Positions 7,880 through 14,633 of a DNA stretch of 21,106 nt are shown here, one piece after another. Location: contig JAGAMK010000052.1 of NCBI GenBank assembly GCA_017624735.1, forward strand, positions 1 to 21,106, read 5' to 3'. Numbering within the stretch: position 1 is the first letter of the stretch; each line of letters begins with the position of its first letter. The translations under genes were made by a program, and so were the position numbers. Source of the stretch: Clostridia bacterium (lineage in GTDB: Bacteria; Bacillota; Clostridia; Oscillospirales; Acutalibacteraceae). The notes beneath the pieces are model-generated. The model had not been told where the DNA came from, made no database searches, and was given only the letters and a program-made list of their open reading frames with translations.

Positions 7880-8512
7880 ATGAACAGGATGGAGTTAACA
7901 AGAAAGTATTGGAAATATTATTTGATGCTTGAAAAAAGGTTTATAGATTCCGCTGAGTATGTTGAATTTCACAAGGATAACTTTGAAGTGTTTTCTAATG
8001 GATATGCATTATTGATAGAAGCAATTGGTGCGGAATTGGATACGGTTTTCAAGGAGTTTTGCGGATTTAATATGGATGAAAGAAAGACAATAGCTGATTA
8101 TGCACAATTTGTCCTGTCTAATAATTCAGATATTGTAAATATTAAGATAGACCTTAGAGAGTACGATATAGAAATACAGCCATTTAAAAATTGGAACACA
8201 CAACAACCCGCACAAACTTTATTTTGGTGGTCGGCCTTTACAGATATAAAGCATAACCGTTATGATAATAAAACAAAAGCTAATTTAGAAAATGTCTTAA
8301 ATATCTTAGGTGCATTATATTTGATAGAAATGTTATTTTTGAAAAAAGCAACTGATAACACAACGGAATTAGATGTATTTGATGAATCTTCAAATTTGTT
8401 TACGCTGAAAAACTGGACAACAAAATCCATACCTTTGGAACGAGCTTTTGATGTTTTAGCAGATATGATCGAAAGAGATGATGGAACAACAGGTTTAGAG
8501 TTTGATGCGTAA
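7880..8512 (+). CDS. Hypothetical alpha-helical protein (210 aa); possibly a HEPN-like/abortive-infection-type protein
   Basis: Clean ORF with RBS and its own promoter, and visibly AT-richer than the flanking int. The motif 'LFWWSAFTDIKHNRYDNKTKANLENVLNILGALYLIE' (His codon at 8252-8254) reminds me of the WW-x-x-Y/F-N/T-x-I/V-KH-x-R signature of a HEPN-like family. This rests on recall only. Confidence 0.6.
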   Translation: MNRMELTRKYWKYYLMLEKRFIDSAEYVEFHKDNFEVFSNGYALLIEAIGAELDTVFKEFCGFNMDERKTIADYAQFVLSNNSDIVNIKIDLREYDIEIQPFKNWNTQQPAQTLFWWSAFTDIKHNRYDNKTKANLENVLNILGALYLIEMLFLKKATDNTTELDVFDESSNLFTLKNWTTKSIPLERAFDVLADMIERDDGTTGLEFDA

Positions 8513-8519
8513 AACAAAT

Positions 8520-8582
8520 CTTACTACACTTACTACAAAACTTACTACAATTAACACGGCGAATACAGTAGTAAGCAGTAAG
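8520..8582. repeat. Cluster of 9-bp repeats: CTTACTACA direct at 8520-8528, 8529-8537 and 8541-8549; inverted partial copies TAGTAAG (8569-8575) and CAGTAAG (8576-8582). Candidate integrase arm-type sites.
   Basis: Read directly. The cluster starts 8 nt after the stop of the orphan gene, about 700 nt from int. A further CTTACAGTAG lies at 8633-8642. Confidence 0.55.
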
Positions 8583-8649
8583 ATACAGGAAAAAGCGAAA
8601 AAACGGTTGTACTTTTTCAAAAGTTATAGTAACTTACAGTAGGTTATAA

Positions 8650-8676
8650 ATTGTGGGGAGCCGGGCTCCCCACAAT
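8650..8676. repeat. 27-nt GC-rich near-perfect palindrome ATTGTGGGGAGCC-G-GGCTCCCCACAAT (hairpin or dimeric protein site)
   Basis: 13-bp arms read directly. No U-tract follows on the plus strand, so it is not a canonical terminator there. TTTATAACC follows on the minus strand. Confidence 0.5.
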
Positions 8677-8743
8677 GAAACCTTTGGACTAAGAAAAACC
8701 GCATAAACACTGTGTTTTTCGAGGTTTTAAACCGCTAAAATCG

Positions 8744-8768
8744 TAAGCCATAAGCCAAACTTAAGCCA
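8744..8768. repeat. Three direct copies of TAAGCCA (8744-8750, 8751-8757, 8762-8768), the same heptamer that forms the base of the downstream terminator stem
   Basis: Read directly. The heptamer recurs at 8838-8844, and its complement TGGCTTA is at 8870-8876. Confidence 0.5.
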
Positions 8769-8836
8769 ATGCATGTTTTTGTGCAAAAAATGACGGTTTT
8801 AAGTGGGCAAGGCAAGAGCAAAAGTTCCAAAAATCT

Positions 8837-8883
8837 TTAAGCCATTTACACTTGAAACCGAGTGTAAATGGCTTAATTTTTTT
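8837..8883 (+). terminator. Strong rho-independent terminator/attenuator immediately upstream of the RBS of the transglutaminase-like gene
   Basis: Perfect 16-bp stem TTAAGCCATTTACACT(8837-8852)/AGTGTAAATGGCTTAA(8861-8876) with an 8-nt loop, then T7 (8877-8883). GGAGG at 8884-8888 and the ATG at 8896 follow directly. Confidence 0.65.
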
Positions 8884-8895
8884 GGAGGCTACTCT

Positions 8896-9753
8896 ATGAA
8901 AATTCGGCTATTTGGCTTTGCCGTTTTAACGGCAATCAACATTTACGTTACCTATTTCTTGTGGGACACACTTTTAATCAGTACACTGCCTGTGTGCTTA
9001 ATTCTGCTGTCTATTATTTGTAGTGGCTTATTTTTAGTTAATGTAAAATCAAAGTTGCAAAGAACGATAACCTATTTCCTCGCAGTCGTGATTATGGTTA
9101 TAGGTCTATACTTTGCAATTTACTATCGCCGTCCACTTGGTTTTCTTTCGGTATTTTCGTCAGCAACAGTAATAGTTAAGAACTTTATCTGTGGACCAAA
9201 TTCCAAAGAAAAACTCTTGACTAAAATTATCAGCACGATATTGCTTCTGGCGATTGCTCTGACAATTGTATTTACGGGATTGACATTTTCGTACACAAAC
9301 AAATCCCTTGTTAACGGAACTGGCGTCCTGTGGGATGCTAACCACGAAAAACAGTTTGATGAAATCTGCTCAGGGACTTTAACGGATGAAGAAAAAGCAA
9401 AAGCGGCATATACTTGGGTTTTGAACAACATTACATATGACTATGACTGCAACCCATTTTATCAGCATTCTGACCTCGATAAAACTTCGCAGACGAAAAA
9501 AGGCATCTGTTACGATATTGCGAATCTCTTTACTGCCATCTGCCGCAGTCAAAATATCCCTTGCTATTCTGTAGATGGTTACCGCAAGGACGATTATCAA
9601 TACAAACATACTTGGAATCGAGTTTGTATTGACGGTGCGTGGTACAATGTGGACATTACCGCGGATCTAACGAACTCTATACCTTACGGGTTTTGTAAAA
9701 TCAATTCTTACGACTCTTCCGAAGAAGAGTTTAACATTACAAGACTATACTAA
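8896..9753 (+). CDS. Polytopic membrane protein (about 5 TM) with a C-terminal transglutaminase-like cysteine protease core
   Basis: Start moved to the ATG at 8896 (GGAGG 8 nt upstream), because the longer ORF from 8803 would include the terminator hairpin. Hydrophobic segments span aa 5-135. Cys-His-Asp triad context: 'KKGICYDIANLF' (C205), 'YKHTWNRV' (H238), 'WYNVDIT' (D253). Confidence 0.75.
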   Translation: MKIRLFGFAVLTAINIYVTYFLWDTLLISTLPVCLILLSIICSGLFLVNVKSKLQRTITYFLAVVIMVIGLYFAIYYRRPLGFLSVFSSATVIVKNFICGPNSKEKLLTKIISTILLLAIALTIVFTGLTFSYTNKSLVNGTGVLWDANHEKQFDEICSGTLTDEEKAKAAYTWVLNNITYDYDCNPFYQHSDLDKTSQTKKGICYDIANLFTAICRSQNIPCYSVDGYRKDDYQYKHTWNRVCIDGAWYNVDITADLTNSIPYGFCKINSYDSSEEEFNITRLY

Positions 9754-9756
9754 CGA

Positions 9757-9787
9757 AAAACACTTTGCTGTTACGGCAGAGTGTTTT
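9757..9787. terminator. Bidirectional intrinsic terminator between the convergent genes at 8896-9753 (+) and 9801-10136 (-)
   Basis: Stem AAAACACTTTG(9757-9767)/CAGAGTGTTTT(9777-9787) has 11 bp with one G-U pair and a 9-nt loop. A/T runs on both flanks give U-tracts on either strand. Confidence 0.5.
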
Positions 9788-9800
9788 CAACATTTTAAGG

Positions 9801-10136
9801 TTATTTATTCTTCAAAACAGATTTGGTAGTCTTAATTACTTCGGCAATAGATTTTAATTCTTCAGGAGAACAATCAGCAAGAATCTCATCAATCATCTTA
9901 ATTGAAACATGCGAGCTCTTAACTAAACTGCCGTATGCAATTTCGTCAAGAGTAACGCCAAGAGCGTTCGCAATATTAACAAGTGTCGGCAAGCTGAGCT
10001 TAGTTGCAGCACGTTCAATATGCGAAATGTTAGACGGTTCTACACCGGACTCTTCTGCGAGTTTGGCTTGTGTCCAACCTTTCGTTGTTCGAATTTCTTT
10101 TATACGATTACCAATTGAAATATAATCAATACCCAT
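9801..10136 (-). CDS. XRE-family helix-turn-helix transcriptional regulator (111 aa)
   Basis: 'IGNRIKEIRTTKGWTQAKLAEESGVEPSNISHIERAATKLSLPTLVNIANALGVTLDEI' is a canonical HTH_3/XRE pattern. Start set at the internal ATG (10136..10134), which is preceded by GAGGTGGA. The upstream 45 codons of the longer ORF are low-complexity AT-rich sequence. Confidence 0.85.
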   Translation of the reverse strand: MGIDYISIGNRIKEIRTTKGWTQAKLAEESGVEPSNISHIERAATKLSLPTLVNIANALGVTLDEIAYGSLVKSSHVSIKMIDEILADCSPEELKSIAEVIKTTKSVLKNK

Positions 10137-10170
10137 AGTATCCACCTCATAATTTACATTAATATTATTG

Positions 10171-10189
10171 TATATCCCATTCGGATATA
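10171..10189. promoter_or_regulatory. Candidate operator palindrome in the XRE/SLOG divergent intergenic region
   Basis: TATATCC-cattc-GGATATA has 7-bp arms. A further direct half-site copy TATATCCCA lies at 10203-10211. Confidence 0.35.
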
Positions 10190-10272
10190 TTAAAATAACG
10201 CATATATCCCAATAGGACACATAATAATATTTTTGGGGTTTTATTTTGCAAATTATGCGTGAGGTGAGCATA

Positions 10273-10761
10273 TTGATTGAAAATACCTGTTGCTTCTTCG
10301 GTCACAGAACGATAAACGAAACCGAGGAACTAAAATCAAAAATTATTGAAATTATTGAAAAATTAATTGTGGACGAAAATGTTGATACCTTTCTTTTCGG
10401 GAGCAAGAGCCGCTTTAATAGCCTGTGCCTTGAACTCGTGACCAAAATAAAAGAAAAATACCCGCACATAAAGCGAGTCTATGTACGGGCGGAATATCCA
10501 TATATCAGTGAGCACTATAAAAATTATCTGCTTGAAAGCTACGAGGATACATATTATCCTGAACATATTATTGGTTCAGGCAAGGCGGCTTATGTCGAGC
10601 GCAATTATGAGATGATAGACAACAGCCAATACTGCATCGTCTACTACGACGAACAAAATGCTCCTACTACTCGCAAAAGCGGCACCAAGATCGCGCTTGA
10701 CTATGCCATTAGAAAACAAAAGCACATTATTGTATTACCAACAGAAATAACAAATATGTAG
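10273..10761 (+). CDS. SLOG-superfamily protein, YpsA/DUF1273-type
   Basis: The N-terminal 'CCFFGHR' signature and 'YVERNYEMIDNSQYCIVYY...SGTKIALDYAIRKQKHII' match clostridial DUF1273 proteins as I recall them. The start is ambiguous: TTG 10273 (GAGGTGA 6 nt upstream) is preferred over ATG 10246 or 10255. The usual Gly-rich loop (GGAxGxD) is replaced by 'FGSKSRFNS'. Confidence 0.65.
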   Translation: MIENTCCFFGHRTINETEELKSKIIEIIEKLIVDENVDTFLFGSKSRFNSLCLELVTKIKEKYPHIKRVYVRAEYPYISEHYKNYLLESYEDTYYPEHIIGSGKAAYVERNYEMIDNSQYCIVYYDEQNAPTTRKSGTKIALDYAIRKQKHIIVLPTEITNM

Positions 10762-10857
10762 AAATACGCAAAATTGTTCGATGTAATATTGACTTGCAAG
10801 TAGGGATATGCTATAATAAGAGCGTAAAAATGCGTAAATACGCAAAATTATTCGATG
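10762..10857. repeat. Pair of 22-bp direct repeats, AAATACGCAAAATTGTTCGATG (10762-10783) and AAATACGCAAAATTATTCGATG (10836-10857), bracketing a promoter; embedded palindrome TGCGTAaaTACGCA at 10831-10844
   Basis: Read directly, 21/22 identical. The first copy begins at the nucleotide after the SLOG stop codon. The second ends at the ATPase RBS. Confidence 0.7.
10789..10817 (+). promoter_or_regulatory. Consensus SigA/sigma70 promoter of the ATPase gene
   Basis: TTGACT (10789-10794), a 17-nt spacer, then TATAAT (10812-10817). This is one mismatch from the full consensus, 52 nt upstream of the ATG at 10869. Confidence 0.7.
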
Positions 10858-10868
10858 AGGTATGCGTT

Positions 10869-12167
10869 ATGATTGAAAGAAAAAAGTATCTCGAAAAATT
10901 GATCAGCAAAAAGGAGAACGGCTTAGTTAAGGTTATTACCGGTATCAGACGATGCGGTAAATCTTATTTGCTGTTCAATATATATAAGGACTATTTGAAG
11001 TCAATCGGAGTAGAAGACGAGTGTATTATTTGCCTTGCTCTTGATGATGACGAAAATATTCAGTATCGTAATCCCCTTGAACTCGGCAAACATATCCGCA
11101 GCTTGACTGCCGATGAGAGCAAAACTTACTACGTTTTCCTTGATGAGATTCAAAAGGTTGTTACCATTCAGAATCCGTATATCGAGGGTGTTGAGGATAA
11201 GATCGGTTTTGTCGATGTTGTGCTTGGTCTTATGAAGCACGACAATATTGACGTGTATGTTACCGGCAGTAACTCAAAAATGCTGTCCTCCGATATCCTC
11301 ACCGAGTTCCGTGGCCGTGGCGATGAAATCAGAGTTAATCCGCTTTCCTTTGCGGAGTTTTATAATGCTTTCGAGGGAGAAAAGCGCAATGCTTGGCAGG
11401 AGTATTACACCTATGGTGGTCTTCCCCTCGTAATGACTAAAAAGAGTCATGAAGAAAAAGCGAAATATTTGCAATCGCTTTTTGATGCAATCTATATCAG
11501 CGACATTATGGATAGAAACAAGCTTGTGTACGAAAAAACGGTGCTTGACGATATTCTTAACATAGTTTCGTCTTCGGTTGGCTCACTTACTAATGCTAAC
11601 AAGATTACCAACACCTTTAAGAGTGCGAAGCAGATGAATATCGGTGCGCCCACCGTTAACAGATATCTGGACTATTTCATTGATGCGTTCCTTCTCTACA
11701 AAGCCGAACGTTATGACGTTAAGGGAAGAAAGTATATCGGCTCGCCGCTTAAATACTATTTCAGTGATGTGGGACTTCGCAATGCGCGACTTAATTTCCG
11801 TCAGCAAGAAGAGAATCACATTATGGAAAACATTATTTATAACGAGCTTTGCGGTCGTGATTTCAGCGTGGATGTCGGCGTGGTCGAGTATTGCTATAAA
11901 GATGCAGAAAAGAAGAGCAAACGTACCCAGCTTGAAATCGACTTTGTTGCGAATAAGGGTAGCAAAAAATACTATATTCAGTCGGCATTGACCGTCGCAG
12001 ACGAGGAAAAGCGTGAGCAAGAGATCCGTTCCTTAAAGCGTGTCGGCGATTCTTTTAAGAAGATTGTAGTAGTTAAAGACAACATCATCCCCTGGCACGA
12101 TGACGACGGCATCCTCTACATCGGCATCGAACAATTCCTGCTTGATGAGAATGCAATGGATATGTGA
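10869..12167 (+). CDS. AAA_14 P-loop ATPase with C-terminal DUF4143 (restriction-endonuclease-like fold) domain
   Basis: Start at ATG 10869 (GAGG 8 nt upstream); the longer ORF would begin inside the promoter. Walker A is 'GIRRCGKSYLL' and Walker B is 'VFLDEIQ'. The C-terminal 'LEIDFVANKGSKKYYIQSA' sits where DUF4143 proteins usually carry a D...E-x-K motif, here Q-S-A. Confidence 0.75.
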   Translation: MIERKKYLEKLISKKENGLVKVITGIRRCGKSYLLFNIYKDYLKSIGVEDECIICLALDDDENIQYRNPLELGKHIRSLTADESKTYYVFLDEIQKVVTIQNPYIEGVEDKIGFVDVVLGLMKHDNIDVYVTGSNSKMLSSDILTEFRGRGDEIRVNPLSFAEFYNAFEGEKRNAWQEYYTYGGLPLVMTKKSHEEKAKYLQSLFDAIYISDIMDRNKLVYEKTVLDDILNIVSSSVGSLTNANKITNTFKSAKQMNIGAPTVNRYLDYFIDAFLLYKAERYDVKGRKYIGSPLKYYFSDVGLRNARLNFRQQEENHIMENIIYNELCGRDFSVDVGVVEYCYKDAEKKSKRTQLEIDFVANKGSKKYYIQSALTVADEEKREQEIRSLKRVGDSFKKIVVVKDNIIPWHDDDGILYIGIEQFLLDENAMDM

Positions 12168-12258
12168 AAACTTTGCTGTAATCTTTAGATTGAAACGCTT
12201 TAACTATTAATGTGAATTTCGTAGATGCTTAAGATGTGATAACTAAGGAGGTCTAACG

Positions 12259-14619
12259 GTGATCTTAAATAAAAAACAGATGACTGAAGAAGACATAAAG
12301 TTACAATATATAACCCCTGCAATCCAAGCAAAATGGGGACTCGATCGTATTACAATGGAAACTAAGATTACTGATGGTAGAATCAATCTTAAAGGTAATA
12401 TTGTAACTCGCGAAAAACCCAAGAAGGCGGACTATGTATTGTACTTGACAAATAATAAACCTATTGCAATTGTTGAAGCCAAAGATAACAATCATTCTGT
12501 TTCTTATGGCCTTCAACAAGCAATCACCTATGCCAAGATGCAGGACATTCCTTTTGCGTATAGTTCTAATGGTGACGGTTTTCAAGAACACGATCTTTTG
12601 ACCGGCTTGGAGCGCACCTTATCTATGGACGAGTTTCCAACGGTTGAGGAACTTACTGCACGTTGGGAAAGCGAATCAAACGGTGGCGAAGGAATCTCTG
12701 CAGATGAAAAGAAAATAATCGTACAGCCGTATTACTCTAGCCAAAATACGTATGATCCAAGATATTATCAGCGTAACGCAATAAATAAAACCGTTGAGGC
12801 AATTGCAAGGGGAGAAAAACGTTTGTTGCTGGTAATGGCAACAGGCACCGGCAAAACCTATACAGCTTTCCAAATTGTTTATCGCTTATTGAAAAGCGGA
12901 TTGAAGAGAAAGGTGTTATATTTAGCTGACCGCAATATTCTTGTGGATCAGTCTATTCAACAAGACTTTGCACCTCTTGAAAAAACTATACATAAAATCA
13001 ATTTTGCAAAAGATGATCCTATTACCATCACTTCTCACGAGGTTTATTTCTCCCTTTATCAGCAACTTGCAGGTAATGAGGAAAACGAAGATGATAGCGC
13101 AGAAGAAACCGTTGAACGCTTCGCTAAACTCTTTAATAAGGATTTCTTTGACCTTATTATTGTAGATGAGTGTCATAGAGGTTCTGCAAAAAAAGATAGC
13201 AACTGGCGTAAAATTCTTGATTATTTCACTTCGGCTACTCAAATTGGTATGACTGCCACGCCAAAAGAAACCAAATATATTTCCAACATTGATTACTTTG
13301 GCGAACCTGTATATACCTATAGTCTGCGCGAAGGTATTGAGGATGGCTTCCTTGCTCCTTTTAAGGTCATCAATATTAAAACGGATATTTCGGATGGTTG
13401 GCGCCCTTGCAAAGGTCAGCTTGATAAGTTTGGCAACGAGATTGAAGACCGTATCTATACCAACAGCGACTTTGATTACAACATCATTTTGGAAGATCGC
13501 ACCTATGAGGTCGCCAAAGAAATTACCGAATACTTAAAGAACACTGATAGAATGCAGAAAACTATCGTATTTTGTGCAACCGAAGATCATGCCGAGCGTA
13601 TGCGTATTGCGCTGAATAACCTCAATGCCGATATGGTTAAGGAAAATCCCGATTATGTCGTACGCATTACAGGATCCGACACCTACGGCAAGAGCAAGCT
13701 TGATTACTTCATTTCCGTTTCTGCCCCCTATCCGGTGATTGCAACCACATCGAAACTGCTTTCTACCGGTGCAGACTGCAAAATGACAAAACTGATCGTC
13801 CTCGATGAAATGATCAGTTCTATGACCGAGTTTAAGCAGATCATCGGCCGTGGTACACGTTTGCGTGAAAAGGAAGGCAAAAATTACTTTGTGGTTATGG
13901 ACTTCCGTAATGTTACAAGACTGTTCTCTGATCCCGATTGGGATGGTCCAATTGAGGTGGTGGACGGTTATGATCCGGAACATAAACCAACACCAAAAAC
14001 ACCAAACCCTGGAAACGGTGATAATCCCGTTACACCTCCAACAGTGGATAAATATATCGTAGATGAAAACGGCTGCGATGTTCATATTATCGGAAAACGA
14101 GTTGAAGTTTACGATGTAGATGGTAAACTTCTCCGTCAGGAAAGTATCGTAGACTATACAAAGTCGAATATCCTTGGCAAATACGCTTCCCTTGATAACT
14201 TCATCCTTAGATGGACATCCGAAGAAAAGAAAGAAGCCATTCGAGAACTGCTGAAAGAGCAAGGCATCGACCTTGAGCAAATGAAAGCAGATCAAGAAAT
14301 GACCGATGTCGATGACTTTGACTTTATTTGCCACGTGGCTTTTGATCAAAAGCCACTCACTCGTCGTGAGAGAGCGAACAATGTCAAAAAGCGTGATTTC
14401 CTCAGCAAATACAGTGGTGTTGCAAGAGAGGTGTTGGAAGCCCTTCTCGATAAATATATGAATACCGGTATTTACGAAATTGAGAAAACCGAAATTCTTC
14501 AGCTTGATCCTTTCAAGAAGTTCGGTAAGCCTTCCAAAATTGCCACCTATTTTGGTGGCAAAGCGGGTTATCTCCAAGCCATTAAGGAATTGGAAGAAGA
14601 ATTATATAAAGCAAGTTAA
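12259..14619 (+). CDS. hsdR: Type I restriction enzyme R subunit (HsdR) with EcoEI-R-like C-terminal domain
   Basis: GTG start 7 nt after AAGGAGG (12245-12251). N-terminal PD-(D/E)xK: 'ADYVLY...IAIVEAKD'. Helicase motifs: 'LLVMATGTGKTYTAF' (I), 'IIVDECHRG' (II), 'GMTATP' (III), 'QIIGRGTR' (VI). Confidence 0.9.
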   Translation: MILNKKQMTEEDIKLQYITPAIQAKWGLDRITMETKITDGRINLKGNIVTREKPKKADYVLYLTNNKPIAIVEAKDNNHSVSYGLQQAITYAKMQDIPFAYSSNGDGFQEHDLLTGLERTLSMDEFPTVEELTARWESESNGGEGISADEKKIIVQPYYSSQNTYDPRYYQRNAINKTVEAIARGEKRLLLVMATGTGKTYTAFQIVYRLLKSGLKRKVLYLADRNILVDQSIQQDFAPLEKTIHKINFAKDDPITITSHEVYFSLYQQLAGNEENEDDSAEETVERFAKLFNKDFFDLIIVDECHRGSAKKDSNWRKILDYFTSATQIGMTATPKETKYISNIDYFGEPVYTYSLREGIEDGFLAPFKVINIKTDISDGWRPCKGQLDKFGNEIEDRIYTNSDFDYNIILEDRTYEVAKEITEYLKNTDRMQKTIVFCATEDHAERMRIALNNLNADMVKENPDYVVRITGSDTYGKSKLDYFISVSAPYPVIATTSKLLSTGADCKMTKLIVLDEMISSMTEFKQIIGRGTRLREKEGKNYFVVMDFRNVTRLFSDPDWDGPIEVVDGYDPEHKPTPKTPNPGNGDNPVTPPTVDKYIVDENGCDVHIIGKRVEVYDVDGKLLRQESIVDYTKSNILGKYASLDNFILRWTSEEKKEAIRELLKEQGIDLEQMKADQEMTDVDDFDFICHVAFDQKPLTRRERANNVKKRDFLSKYSGVAREVLEALLDKYMNTGIYEIEKTEILQLDPFKKFGKPSKIATYFGGKAGYLQAIKELEEELYKAS

Positions 14620-14633
14620 AATCAGGTGGTTTT

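Larger units (their letters stand above)
265..8582. mobile_element. Integrative mobilizable element (replication/mobilisation/excision/integration modules, no T4SS). The right end probably lies in the 8513-8895 repeat region; the left end is not determinable and may lie beyond the window.
   Basis: Co-oriented, tightly packed genes run in the order SF3 ATPase, mobC, relaxase, ParB-like, 3x xis-like, int. Short repeats cluster just after int. Confidence 0.6.

Noticed and set aside
8520-8768. Short tandem repeats considered as a CRISPR array or a type III toxin-antitoxin RNA repeat array (repeats-terminator-gene layout)
   Set aside because: The repeat units are only 7-9 bp with irregular 7-12 bp periods and no spacer structure. 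CRISPR repeats (over 20 bp) and ToxI-like repeats (about 34-36 nt) are much longer. No cas or ToxN-like gene is present.
8803-8895. Upstream extension of the transglutaminase-like ORF
   Set aside because: It would place a 16-bp terminator hairpin plus U7 inside the coding region. A GGAGG-ATG pair at 8884/8896 gives a sensible membrane-protein N-terminus.
10137-10271. 45-codon N-terminal extension of the XRE ORF
   Set aside because: The extension is AT-rich low-complexity sequence covering the divergent promoter region. The internal ATG has a strong GAGGTGGA RBS and gives a standard HTH N-terminus.
10794-10868. Upstream extension of the ATPase ORF (start 10794)
   Set aside because: That start lies inside the -35 hexamer of the consensus promoter, so it cannot be on the transcript.
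13534-14577. 347-aa minus-strand ORF antisense to hsdR
   Set aside because: It is entirely embedded antisense in a strongly supported helicase-motif CDS. It has no RBS or motifs and shows Phe/Ile/Cys-rich composition typical of antisense frames.
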